IMG/VR virus record: IMGVR_UViG_3300032893_000006
Coordinates: 32,001-96,000 of that record
DNA from: a virus
Reading direction: 5' to 3' (one strand)
Length of the DNA stretch: 64,000 nucleotides
This document shows positions 27,201 through 35,642 of the stretch, in pieces (positions within the stretch are counted from its first letter, which is position 1; each line of letters begins with the position of its first letter). The translations under genes were made by a program, and so were the position numbers. The notes under the pieces are model-generated. The model had not been told where the DNA came from and did not search any database. It saw nothing but the letters and a program-made list of their open reading frames with translations.

Positions 27201-28384
27201 TCCGCAACACGCCGTACATGCGCAAGGTTTATGGTGCAGGATGGACGATGCCAATCGACCAGCAGTGGTTCTATGACTTCAATTATCGGCAGGCAGTCAA
27301 CAACCGCACACAGAGAGTGTGGATGGCGCAGATGCCTGCTGACGACTTCGAGGCGTTGACAGGAAAGCATGACTCCGTCTTCGAAGCGGATGTCATCGAG
27401 GACCTTGAGAGCAATATCTATGAGATCATCACGAATCGCGCTACAGGAGAAGAGACAAAGCTGCGCAAGCAGCCGGTGGATGCGTATGCGATCACCGGCC
27501 ACGATGTCGACCCGTCGTTTTACCCGAGCAAGGACCAGATCGATTTTAGCAAGCCGCCAATCAACGTTTATTGGAATTCGAGCCGAGGCCAAGAGTACGA
27601 GTGGCAGATGGTCCCTCTGATTTGGCTTCCCGAAGAAAACGAAGAAAACACGATGGATCGTCTTCTGATTTTTGAACACCCAGCCAAATGGAACGAGTAC
27701 ACTCTTGGTATCGATACAGCGGATGGTCTAGGCAAAGAAGACGAAGAAAGGACTGTGCTTTCGCTGGCGAAAAATCGCTATCATGGCGGCTACGATGAAC
27801 AGGTAGCCGAATTCACCTCGAACAGAGTTAATGCGGCGCAGGCTGTAGCATTCGCCGCCTGCATTGGAGCGTACTGGAGCCCTTGCGTTCAAGATAGTCG
27901 TGGCATCATGTATGCTATCGAACAGATTGGAAGGCCGGGAGAGACATGTCAGCACCAGCTAAAAATGATGGGATTTCATCGTCATTACCGTCCCAAAAGG
28001 TTCGATTCAAAAAAAATCAAAGATGAATTAGGAAAGAAAGAAGGATGGTGGTCAAGCGCTTGGGCAGTACCGATCCTGATGACGCGGTACGTTGAGGCGA
28101 TCAATGGGGGATGGTACGTTCCTCGTTCGCGTTGGCTGATTGAGGAATTGAAGACGTTGGAGCGCCGTCAAGCGGCAGGAAAGTCGAAGATGGTGCACAG
28201 AAGCGGCCAATTCGATGACAGAGTTCGAGCGTCGGCACAGTCGTTTTTCTGCGCGCACGACCTCGATGTTCTCGCAGACCGCGCCCAAAAGAGAAGAGTC
28301 GTGCCAAAGCAAATGAACGAACCTACGCCAATGCGGCGAGCGGGGCAAGTCTCAGTGAGCGACGGCGATGACGATTGGGGATAA
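24257..28384 (+). CDS. terL: Terminase large subunit with two inteins (probable ATT start at 24257; first ATG at 24317)
   Basis: After splicing: LKGRQVGITT (Walker A), VHISELA (Walker B), LEGTG coupling motif, LGIDTADG nuclease motif. Confidence 0.9.
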   Translation: MYSPKIVQANLDAFAAKNKWMPIPHSQDEIDDFKEVIAKIVDIEETSRSASVSLKGPISSNVATEIRQFIQNEQVLCALDNSYWEARYAYVCNEKGEISKFRNRKSQEVFDQIVGDFDERQVSIEVLCLDPNAKILTADLKWKRLDDIQIGEELVAVDEGQSMNERRAEAAKRQRELRSGVHRGKSTKRLRKERKMRTTIVENKWESCKEALKFTFEDGRTLICSADHQWLCKQRGGCEPIWQKSEEMRVGDQARYITKPWNEQTTADAWMGGIIDGEGSLDSGCGIEINITQVFNVVFDRVKEYLSISGYNFQQGIDKRQPSKDGRGKLGSKDVGRLYVSRMDEAFRIIGQTRPFRFISKKWWEGKSLPGKKTGIGWSRIVKIEILPKQRMIDIQTSTRTFIAEGFVSHNCLKGRQVGITTKTALKFMHRLMFIPHTQAVMASVQAEKSELIGRILDIAYTKSPWWLVPMRGSKGRFDNGSVLSIQSGMQATGIAQGWTPTCLPYFSKIRMANGFLKAISEVSVGERVLTHQGKIATVKKAFETKPFAQTKVLRLWGHYSPLECTIEHRVSTPDGFVEADQISVGDYVCHPLREIKHSLLKAQFTHFSRGKIAANKAHNFDAPFDLPFGYLCGLYLAEGSLHKSGIGKKKPYLSEVIFTVHEREAEDRVQMLRRFLGKEQHIKVKKHNEHGAQIKISAAWLARWISENFGEKTNKQIPDWIWDAGEEFCRGILYGYLDGDGHCDTSSNNVVAPTICSQIAYQMRDLVASLKYGWASIYFVDEHRQGSMKKRPVWRLVLSGPVGAGYRRDRGLPFRKPMKHARHWRYGVDGKTVDVMIESISHNSSASLWDLEVDSEDHSFTTDQCAVHNCVHISELADIPKPEKVIEEGLLRATHSSRNLFLVLEGTGGGNTGWLAETWRNAKRDYPLGKHRLCPIFLPWFTATDLYPEADWIRKFPIPGNFMRERLDATVKHVARCEAFVRNTPYMRKVYGAGWTMPIDQQWFYDFNYRQAVNNRTQRVWMAQMPADDFEALTGKHDSVFEADVIEDLESNIYEIITNRATGEETKLRKQPVDAYAITGHDVDPSFYPSKDQIDFSKPPINVYWNSSRGQEYEWQMVPLIWLPEENEENTMDRLLIFEHPAKWNEYTLGIDTADGLGKEDEERTVLSLAKNRYHGGYDEQVAEFTSNRVNAAQAVAFAACIGAYWSPCVQDSRGIMYAIEQIGRPGETCQHQLKMMGFHRHYRPKRFDSKKIKDELGKKEGWWSSAWAVPILMTRYVEAINGGWYVPRSRWLIEELKTLERRQAAGKSKMVHRSGQFDDRVRASAQSFFCAHDLDVLADRAQKRRVVPKQMNEPTPMRRAGQVSVSDGDDDWG
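24638..25489 (+). mobile_element. Intein 1 in TerL (284 aa) with a LAGLIDADG-type endonuclease
   Basis: Starts CLDPNAK, block B CSADHQW, WMGGIIDGEGS, ends FVSHN before Cys. Confidence 0.92.
25763..26866 (+). mobile_element. Intein 2 in TerL (368 aa) with a two-motif LAGLIDADG endonuclease
   Basis: Starts CLPYFSK, block B CTIEHRV, YLCGLYLAEGS and ILYGYLDGDG, ends AVHN before Cys. Confidence 0.92.
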
Positions 28385-28402
28385 TTAAGAAAGGGAATAG
28401 AC

Positions 28403-28804
28403 ATGTCGAGAAATGCATATTTGACGACTCCGGTCGTGTTCTGGCTCGATACGTTGAATGGTACCGTCAAGATGGGGCTACCGGAACAGTATGAAGCACC
28501 GCCATTTCATGAAAAAATCGTCTGTAACACTGTGTGGGACGTCGAGAGATGGTCGCAAAAGATGCGCGAGCAGGATCGCATTCGGCAACAGATGGAAGAC
28601 GATAAACGTGGCGCTGAAGAAGAGCGCATCCGTGGCGAGATTCGTAGCCACATCCACCACCTGATCGCAAATTCCAAAAACAATCTCAATCGAGATTTTC
28701 TCAAAAAATACCTTGAAAAATCCGACAAACTGCCGAACGATCCGACGCGATGGAATCGCGAAAGCTATCTCCACATTGAAGGTTACGAGAAAAACCATGG
28801 ATAA
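28403..28804 (+). CDS. Hypothetical protein
   Basis: AAGGGA RBS, 133 aa. Confidence 0.7.
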   Translation: MSRNAYLTTPVVFWLDTLNGTVKMGLPEQYEAPPFHEKIVCNTVWDVERWSQKMREQDRIRQQMEDDKRGAEEERIRGEIRSHIHHLIANSKNNLNRDFLKKYLEKSDKLPNDPTRWNRESYLHIEGYEKNHG

Positions 28805-29390
28805 GATTAAGAGCGAAAATGCTAGACGCCAATGGGCTGCACGTAGGAAAGAACGTAGTAGCCACTGGCAAATAGAAGATGGCACAGTTCATATCTCAAT
28901 GACCAGAGGCTTAGAAGCCTTGATTGATTTTGACGATTTCGAACGTGTTCGGCTTTATACATGGGTTCCACGTTTTTCGCACACGCGAAAATCCGACGGT
29001 GTATCGGTCTATTACGCAGAGGCTGTGGTCCCAAACGAAACCGGAACTGAGAAGATATTTCTTCATAATCTAGTCATGCCGCCCACAGATGGAATGCGCG
29101 TGGATCACCGAGATCGTGATGGCTTAAATTGCAGAAAAGGCAATCTTCGTTTTGGAACAGAATCTCAAAATTCTGCAAATAAATCATCAGTGCGGACTAT
29201 TCGAAAATATAGAGGTGTTGTTAAGGACAACACCTCTAAGAATTGGATCGCGAAGATCATGGTCAATGGCAAATATATTTGCAAGTGCGGATTACCTACA
29301 GCAGAAGCCGCTGCTCGTGCCTACAATGATCTCGCGCTCTCCCACTTTGGAGAATTTGCCATGCTGAATACATTTTCGGGGGTCGTGTAG
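28797..29390 (+). CDS. HNH-AP2 homing endonuclease
   Basis: VDHRDRDGLNCRKGNLR then YRGV..WIAKI..AARAYN..HFGEFAMLN. Confidence 0.88.
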   Translation: MDKIKSENARRQWAARRKERSSHWQIEDGTVHISMTRGLEALIDFDDFERVRLYTWVPRFSHTRKSDGVSVYYAEAVVPNETGTEKIFLHNLVMPPTDGMRVDHRDRDGLNCRKGNLRFGTESQNSANKSSVRTIRKYRGVVKDNTSKNWIAKIMVNGKYICKCGLPTAEAAARAYNDLALSHFGEFAMLNTFSGVV

Positions 29391-29611
29391 TGAAATCGCT
29401 ATCAGGAAAAGATTGTCCGGTGCCTTGTGATGAAAGTTGGTGTGATTGGCAGAGAGCAATCGGCTTCTACTGCTTTCAGGTCCGTATTTCTCAATGGAGA
29501 CAGCGGATATCTTTAACGCCAACGTTGATGCTCGATTGGGAAGGGCTTGAATATCTTTCATTGAGCGTCATTTGGGTATTCTGGGAATTAGCAATTGATT
29601 GGCGTCTTTGA
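29390..29611 (+). CDS. Small Trp-rich hypothetical protein
   Basis: Coupled ORF. Confidence 0.45.
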   Translation: MKSLSGKDCPVPCDESWCDWQRAIGFYCFQVRISQWRQRISLTPTLMLDWEGLEYLSLSVIWVFWELAIDWRL

Positions 29612-29826
29612 TGCATATCACTCAATGCTTCATTCACGATCACGTTCTCCGGGAGGATGAAGTCTCATCGGCAACTGAGATCGGAAGAAAAACGTATGAC
29701 GGCGAAGGTTCTCATCGCCCAGAATTGAGTGTTTGGTTGTGGAGGGTCAGAAGGGACAACGGAAGAACTTGCTACGGCCACGGCAGCGACCCGAGCCATG
29801 GTGAAAAGCAATACATGGGGGAGTAA
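29599..29826 (+). CDS. Hypothetical protein
   Basis: Overlapping coupled ORF. Confidence 0.4.
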   Translation: MASLMHITQCFIHDHVLREDEVSSATEIGRKTYDGEGSHRPELSVWLWRVRRDNGRTCYGHGSDPSHGEKQYMGE

Positions 29827-30203
29827 TGCATAAAAAGTATCATGGAAAAAAGCACAGAAAGAGGGGCACCAGAGGAAGGGAACGCACCACGGAGGCTGTT
29901 CGTAAGAAACCAGAAAAGCCTGCCCAAGTTGCGACGATACCGAATCCGATGCATGTAAAGGGTCTTGATTCGTCCCCAGTCGGTCCTGTCCTACTTGAAC
30001 GCATTTGTGATAGCGGAAGGAAGGAACTGCCTGTTCTGGAAGTGGTAGAGCGATACAATGGCGCTCAGCCCTTTTGGGGATGCGGAATTAAGTTCCGGTG
30101 GTACTTCGGCTCTAGCTGTCAATGTCCGCAATGTTTTCGCATTTACTCTTTTACGAAAACCGATCTCGATGAAAAGAATGTTTGGATAGTCCCGCAAAAT
30201 TGA
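29826..30203 (+). CDS. Hypothetical protein with basic N-terminus and CPQC
   Basis: GGGGAG RBS, TAATG coupling. Confidence 0.55.
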   Translation: MHKKYHGKKHRKRGTRGRERTTEAVRKKPEKPAQVATIPNPMHVKGLDSSPVGPVLLERICDSGRKELPVLEVVERYNGAQPFWGCGIKFRWYFGSSCQCPQCFRIYSFTKTDLDEKNVWIVPQN

Positions 30204-30265
30204 TGTAAAGTGACTGAGAATACGTCGTCCAGATTCTGGATTTCCGGGGGGGAAACGGAAATGAA

Positions 30266-32365
30266 GTGCCTGTTCAACTGGAAGCCTATAACAGCCGGAA
30301 GGTAGACACGGTTCGTTGGCAGTGTCCTCCTTTCGAATCTTCTCCTGAATCAAGAGTCTCGTGGGTCGAGGACATGATTCAAGAGGGAGAGGGTTTCCTT
30401 GAGAATCAAAGTTGCTACAAGAATCTGAGCGAGAGCCTACGCATTTTCGACGCCGTTGTTCGTGCAGACAAGACCAAGTCGACGCTCCTCACGAACGAAC
30501 TCAAATACGACATCAGAAAATTCTGCGAGACGCTTGCCGAGGTCCGTGAGATTGCAGGATACGGATCAGATCATCCCGCCTACAAGCCAATCGCGGAGAT
30601 GCTGACCAAGGTTGCGAAAGCTGTCTATCTTGAGTCAGATTTTCCGTTCCAAATCCTGAAAGTTTTGCAGTACGCAGCCGTCATGGGTATCGGCTATCTC
30701 TGGCCGAAAGTGAAGGCAGATGAGTATGGCTATGGCGAGCGCAAGCTTGTGTTCGAGCCGCTCGGGCTGCTCGATGTCATTCCCGTGCAGATTCCCCGCA
30801 GCAATGATATTCAGGATGCATACTGCGTTACCATCTTCGACTACCTGCCGATTGCTGAAGCTTACGGACGTTTCCCGCTGTTTCAAAACCAGCTACAGGT
30901 AATCGGTCGATGGAACTACAAGAACCGAATTCAAGCGCGCCGTCAGGATTTTGCGGAGATGCATCGCTACGGAGATCAGAACCGCTCGTTCGGAAACCTA
31001 TACTGCGAGATTCGCTACACATTTGTTCGGGACATGCGCATCAACACAACCGGGCAAGAACTTCCTATGGGGGATGAAGGAACGACGTGGTTCTACCGCG
31101 TGCCAACGGTTGGCCAAACGATATTCGATGGCATTCACAATGGTCTGCCGTCGTTCCGTGCAGCGACGAAGGAAGATTGCCGCGTGTATCCGGGTTTGCG
31201 TTTAATCATCACGTCGACCGGCATCGAAAAGCCCTTGTACGATGGACCAGCATTCGACTGGGATACCAAGATGCCTGTCATTCAGTACACCGTCGACGAC
31301 TGGGCATGGGAGCCTCTTGGTCGGTCTCTCGTTGAAGACGTAGGCCGCATCGAGCAGACTCGCCGCAAGATCGAGAGGAAACTCGATCAGGTCATCACCG
31401 TCACCTTGAACCCGCCGCTTGGCTACAACATGACTGAAACTGGTGGTCCGAAGATCGAGCACTTCGACATCTTCGAAGAGGACGTCCGCATCGGTCTCGA
31501 CGGCAAGCCGAGCGAAACAATTCAGTCGGTGCTTCCGGACGAAGTGCGCCCAACAGAACTTCATTTCAAATTCCTTGAGTACCTGAAGAACGCTCTGCAG
31601 ACTCAGTTAGGATTGCTCGATCTCGGGAATCTCCAGAACATAAAGATGAATATTGCAAGTGATACTGCCGACAAGATGTTGGAATCGATAGGGCCTATCG
31701 CGAAAGGTATTGCCGCGCGCATCGAGAAAGCCAATAAATCTGTCGGTAACCGCGTGAAGTCGCTCATACTTCAGTGGTTCAATGTCCGGCGCATTATGGA
31801 GTACATCGGACCGACTGTGGCCCCGGAGATTTTCGATTTCAATCCCGATGATCTAATTCCGAGCCACCTTCCGGACGAGATGATCGGTAACGCTTTTCCA
31901 GAGAACGCCTCGATGTACTCGCGTCTGGAAAGAGCGCGGTGGTTTGCAAGAAATATTCGTCTGATCTCTGTTCCAAACACGCTTTTGCGGATCACCCAAA
32001 TTCAGCGCCAGTTAATGCTCCTGCAACTAAAGCGTGGCGGAGCGCCGCTGTCGTGGGCGACAGTCATGAAGGAACTCGATATTCCAAACTGGGGCGATTC
32101 GAAAGGCAATACAGAAAAGGAAAAATGGTTTAACGAAGAGCTTGAAATGCAAAAGCTCAAGCTCCTCGCGACTGCGATGGCGCAGCAAATGATGAAGCAA
32201 CTTGGGCTCCAACCTCCGGGAGAGGAAGGTGGCGGTCAAGGCAAAGGTAAGGGTGGCGGCGGCGGTCCCACGGGACGCAAGCCATCGGGCCAGTCTGGAC
32301 CAAAAATAAAGCAAAAAGGTGGTGACGGTGGAGAACCGCGCACGACGATAAGCGAGAGCGGCTAA
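30266..32365 (+). CDS. Portal protein
   Basis: 699 aa between terL and scaffold/capsid; Gly/Lys-rich tail; assigned mainly by size and position. Confidence 0.75.
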   Translation: MPVQLEAYNSRKVDTVRWQCPPFESSPESRVSWVEDMIQEGEGFLENQSCYKNLSESLRIFDAVVRADKTKSTLLTNELKYDIRKFCETLAEVREIAGYGSDHPAYKPIAEMLTKVAKAVYLESDFPFQILKVLQYAAVMGIGYLWPKVKADEYGYGERKLVFEPLGLLDVIPVQIPRSNDIQDAYCVTIFDYLPIAEAYGRFPLFQNQLQVIGRWNYKNRIQARRQDFAEMHRYGDQNRSFGNLYCEIRYTFVRDMRINTTGQELPMGDEGTTWFYRVPTVGQTIFDGIHNGLPSFRAATKEDCRVYPGLRLIITSTGIEKPLYDGPAFDWDTKMPVIQYTVDDWAWEPLGRSLVEDVGRIEQTRRKIERKLDQVITVTLNPPLGYNMTETGGPKIEHFDIFEEDVRIGLDGKPSETIQSVLPDEVRPTELHFKFLEYLKNALQTQLGLLDLGNLQNIKMNIASDTADKMLESIGPIAKGIAARIEKANKSVGNRVKSLILQWFNVRRIMEYIGPTVAPEIFDFNPDDLIPSHLPDEMIGNAFPENASMYSRLERARWFARNIRLISVPNTLLRITQIQRQLMLLQLKRGGAPLSWATVMKELDIPNWGDSKGNTEKEKWFNEELEMQKLKLLATAMAQQMMKQLGLQPPGEEGGGQGKGKGGGGGPTGRKPSGQSGPKIKQKGGDGGEPRTTISESG

Positions 32366-32400
32366 TTACACCGTCACCCCCTTCCAATCTAGGAGGATCA

Positions 32401-32637
32401 GTGGCAAAGATTAGAAACATCAAAAACTACTATCTGACAGAAATCGTCTTCGAACCCCCTGTCGACTTGAATGAAGTGCACGACTTCATCAGGCGCAGCC
32501 GCGCGAACGCAGAGCTTGTCGGAATCTTTTCGAATGGCGGCGTGCAGGGCATTACGATGAAGCAGCGCACGCATATTCTGTCGACCGAAGATTCAAAGGT
32601 TCGCGAGATTTTAGGGATTAAAGACATAGAGATTTAG
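32401..32637 (+). CDS. Hypothetical protein
   Basis: AGGAGG RBS, GTG start. Confidence 0.65.
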   Translation: MAKIRNIKNYYLTEIVFEPPVDLNEVHDFIRRSRANAELVGIFSNGGVQGITMKQRTHILSTEDSKVREILGIKDIEI

Positions 32638-32687
32638 CGCAGACTAAGTAGTGAGTTAGCGCAGATTAACTTTTTTACGAAAATCTC

Positions 32688-32805
32688 TTGACAACAAAAC
32701 TAGATCGGCTCTAAGTTCATTAAGAAGAGAACGTGCTCCCCTCCTTGGGATAAAGCGGCGACTCAAGCCACGAAAGACGGCGCTTGAGTTCGCCGTTTTT
32801 CTTTT
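32688..32805 (+). promoter_or_regulatory. Late promoter with conserved leader and terminator-like hairpin (copy 1)
   Basis: TTGACA, 18 nt, TAAGTT; leader motif shared with 49292-49355; hairpin plus U-tract. Confidence 0.75.
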
Positions 32806-32836
32806 GCGTGAAAAACCAAAACAAGGAGAGCACATC

Positions 32837-32953
32837 ATGGCACGGAAGAGACATCACAAGAAGGTCGCAGCGATGCACGCGGTTTCAGCCAAGAAGCATG
32901 GCCGTAAGCACGGCGGCAAGAAGCACGCGAAGAAGACCATCACCAAGGCGTAA
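32837..32953 (+). CDS. 38-aa Lys/His-rich basic micropeptide (MARKRHHKKVAAMHAVSAKKHGRKHGGKKHAKKTITKA)
   Basis: AAGGAG RBS; hand-translated; below the ORF-track cutoff. Confidence 0.7.
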   Translation: MARKRHHKKVAAMHAVSAKKHGRKHGGKKHAKKTITKA

Positions 32954-32991
32954 TCACAGCCCACACCTCGAAAGAACAAGGGAGAAACACA

Positions 32992-33294
32992 GTGGGTACC
33001 AGTCCTACGCCTATGCCGGATCAGGGTCAAGGTGCCGCCCCTCAGGGCGGCACTCCACCTGATAACTCGTCGCAGACACCAGCGTCTGCCACATCTCAGT
33101 CTCCATCTCAGGCTCCAGCGAATCAGTTACAGATGATTTTGGCGCAGTGGTACAAGGCCGCGAAAGATATGGCCGGTGCTGACCCACGCCTCGCATCCGG
33201 TGCACAGAAAGTTGCGGATGGAATTCATGAGATGCAGCAGGCTATCGTGGTGCCGCAGCAGCCTACTCCAACGCAGCAGCAACCAACCTACTAA
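32992..33294 (+). CDS. Gln/Pro-rich small head-associated protein
   Basis: AAGGGAG RBS, located before the scaffold gene. Confidence 0.7.
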   Translation: MGTSPTPMPDQGQGAAPQGGTPPDNSSQTPASATSQSPSQAPANQLQMILAQWYKAAKDMAGADPRLASGAQKVADGIHEMQQAIVVPQQPTPTQQQPTY

Positions 33295-33312
33295 GTCTGA
33301 TTCCGGGAGAAC

Positions 33313-34326
33313 ATGACTATGCCAACAGTCGCAGAAGTCTTGAAACAATCTGGATTTTCCGATGAGGAAATCGCAAAGCTTGATGGTCGTGTAAGCACCG
33401 CGTTCAGCGGAGTGCTGAGCAGCGCCGAGGCCGAAAAGAAGGCAGCAGCGGATGCGCTCGCCAAGGCCGAAGAAACACGGAAAGCAGCGGAAGCTGCAGA
33501 AGTTGAAGCTCGCAAGCGTGCTGAGAAAGCTGAACTTGTAGAGCGTTCGAACAAAGAGTTCTACGACGGCAACATCGTACCTGCATTGAATTCTTGGGAG
33601 GATCGCTGGAAGCAGATGGAGATTGAATCGACAAAAAAGGAAGCTGAGATCGCGTTTTACAAGACTCAGCTTGATGGAGCCAAGAAGAGCGGCTTCATCA
33701 CAGGCGATATTCCGGCCTTCACGTTCACTCCTCCTGCCACGATCCCGGGTGCACCGCAAAATCCCGCGCAGCCCCGCGATTCGCAAGGCCGTTATACCCC
33801 CGGAGTTCCGGGAAGCACTCCCGGGAGCCCGACTCTGATCGACGATGTGCGCAGCGCCCTGTCCGACACCACATGGACCCTGCAGCAGTATCAAAAGCTT
33901 TATGGCCAGATGTACCCGGGCGATGCGATGGAGGATGCTCGCGAGGCCGCAGCGTTGAAGTTGCCGTACCGCGATCACGTCTCACGTAAGTACAAGTTCA
34001 ACGAGCGCGCGCAGGAACTTCAGTTGGAAGCGCAGAAAAGGCACGATGAAGAAGTTCGCTCGGCAGTTGCAAAGGAGTACGAGGACAAACTGAAGCAGGC
34101 GCAGGAAACTGCCAAGGCCGACCTTGAGAAGCAGCGTCGTGAGTGGGCTGAACGCACCGGCAGCAATCCGGATGTGCGCAGCACTGAACCTTCGAGAATG
34201 CAGGAAGTTCAGCGCGCCGTAAAGGAAGGTACTCGTCCCGATCCATTGACTTTGAACTCTCGCGAGCGCACCAAGGTGACTCGCCAGCAGATCAATGAAC
34301 GAATTTCGGCGGATAGCGCAGCTTAA
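33313..34326 (+). CDS. Capsid scaffolding protein
   Basis: Ala/Glu/Lys coiled coil directly upstream of the capsid gene. Confidence 0.7.
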   Translation: MTMPTVAEVLKQSGFSDEEIAKLDGRVSTAFSGVLSSAEAEKKAAADALAKAEETRKAAEAAEVEARKRAEKAELVERSNKEFYDGNIVPALNSWEDRWKQMEIESTKKEAEIAFYKTQLDGAKKSGFITGDIPAFTFTPPATIPGAPQNPAQPRDSQGRYTPGVPGSTPGSPTLIDDVRSALSDTTWTLQQYQKLYGQMYPGDAMEDAREAAALKLPYRDHVSRKYKFNERAQELQLEAQKRHDEEVRSAVAKEYEDKLKQAQETAKADLEKQRREWAERTGSNPDVRSTEPSRMQEVQRAVKEGTRPDPLTLNSRERTKVTRQQINERISADSAA

Positions 34327-34361
34327 TAACTGCGCACCAATAAAGGTAACAGGAGACACAA

Positions 34362-35624
34362 ATGCCAAACGATCCACTGCTGAATGAAATAGACGCCTCT
34401 AACCTACAGGCGGTGAGGATCGACGTTGTATTCAACAACTTCTTCGTTGGATACCCGTTCCTCGAAAAACTTCGTCGTGTGGGTGTGGCTGATCCATTCC
34501 TTGGCGGCTCGGCGATGCAGGAAGGCATCCTTTACGGTCGTGCACAGGGCGCAGCCGTGAATCCCGGCCAGACTGTCACGGTAACGCGTCAGCAGATCAA
34601 CACCGGCATGAAGTTCCAACCGAAGGCATACGCCTCGTGGTTCCCGATGGATGACTGGGAACTGGATGACGGCTCCGGAACTGGTGGTGTCATCAACTCC
34701 GGCCCACCGCGCATCGTGGACGAGTACCAGCTTTGGATGGAAAACCTCGTCATGCAGATCAACACGATGCTTGAGATGGACGCGTTCCGTCACGGGCAGA
34801 GTGCCTCGGCAACCGTTACCGACAACCGCATCAAGGCCAGCAACGGCATGGACGAAGCCCTCAACAACGGTATCGACCCGTCCGTCTACGGCAACCGGTA
34901 CACGACGTACGGTGCACAGCAGCGCAATGGCAACATCGGTATTGCGTTGAATTCGACACCTCTTTATCTCGGCACAAATCCCGGCGTCTTCAATGGCACC
35001 GGAACCAGCAGCCCCGGCCAGATCGGTATGCCGCAGTTGCATCAGCTTTGGGATCAGTGCCGCATTACCGGTGGACAGCCGACTCTTGGCATCACCAACG
35101 TCTTCGGTTTCAAGGCAATCTGCGTGGCGCTCGATCAGCAACGCCGCGACGTGAACCTAACCAAGCACGATCTTCGTTGGGACGCTTTCAGTTTCAACGG
35201 CGTAGATATCTACACCGATCCGCTGGCACCTTCAGCGCAGGCGCAGAACTACATCCCGTTGGGTCCGAATCCCGGACCGGCAAGCAACACCACGCTGGTT
35301 GACGGTGTTGGCTCGAACACCACCACAATTTCATTCCAGACGCCGCAGTTTACGAACCCGACGACGAATGCTGCAGTCAACTTCTCGCCGACCGGTTCTG
35401 GATTGCCGTCACTGACCACAATCCAGCCGTCCGAGGTGCTCTACTTTCTCGAACCGGAGAGCTTCTTCCTTCGCACGACCAACAAGCGTGGCTGGAACTT
35501 TGGCGTTCGTCGGGCACCAATGCCGAATAACGTCAGCATCGACGCGATCTTCATGCGCTTGGGTACGAACCTGTACAACACGCAACCGCGTCACTCGGCA
35601 TACGCATTCGGCTTCACGGCCTAA
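34362..35624 (+). CDS. Major capsid protein
   Basis: 420 aa after the scaffold, strong RBS, biased codons. Confidence 0.75.
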   Translation: MPNDPLLNEIDASNLQAVRIDVVFNNFFVGYPFLEKLRRVGVADPFLGGSAMQEGILYGRAQGAAVNPGQTVTVTRQQINTGMKFQPKAYASWFPMDDWELDDGSGTGGVINSGPPRIVDEYQLWMENLVMQINTMLEMDAFRHGQSASATVTDNRIKASNGMDEALNNGIDPSVYGNRYTTYGAQQRNGNIGIALNSTPLYLGTNPGVFNGTGTSSPGQIGMPQLHQLWDQCRITGGQPTLGITNVFGFKAICVALDQQRRDVNLTKHDLRWDAFSFNGVDIYTDPLAPSAQAQNYIPLGPNPGPASNTTLVDGVGSNTTTISFQTPQFTNPTTNAAVNFSPTGSGLPSLTTIQPSEVLYFLEPESFFLRTTNKRGWNFGVRRAPMPNNVSIDAIFMRLGTNLYNTQPRHSAYAFGFTA

Positions 35625-35642
35625 GAAACAGGAGACGCATTC

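Noticed and set aside
33127-35141. Long minus-strand ORFs (33127..33978, 34404..35141) and similar ones at 26957..27679, 38022..38807 and 61605..62537
   Set aside because: Antisense shadows of well-supported genes with biased codons; no RBS or motifs.
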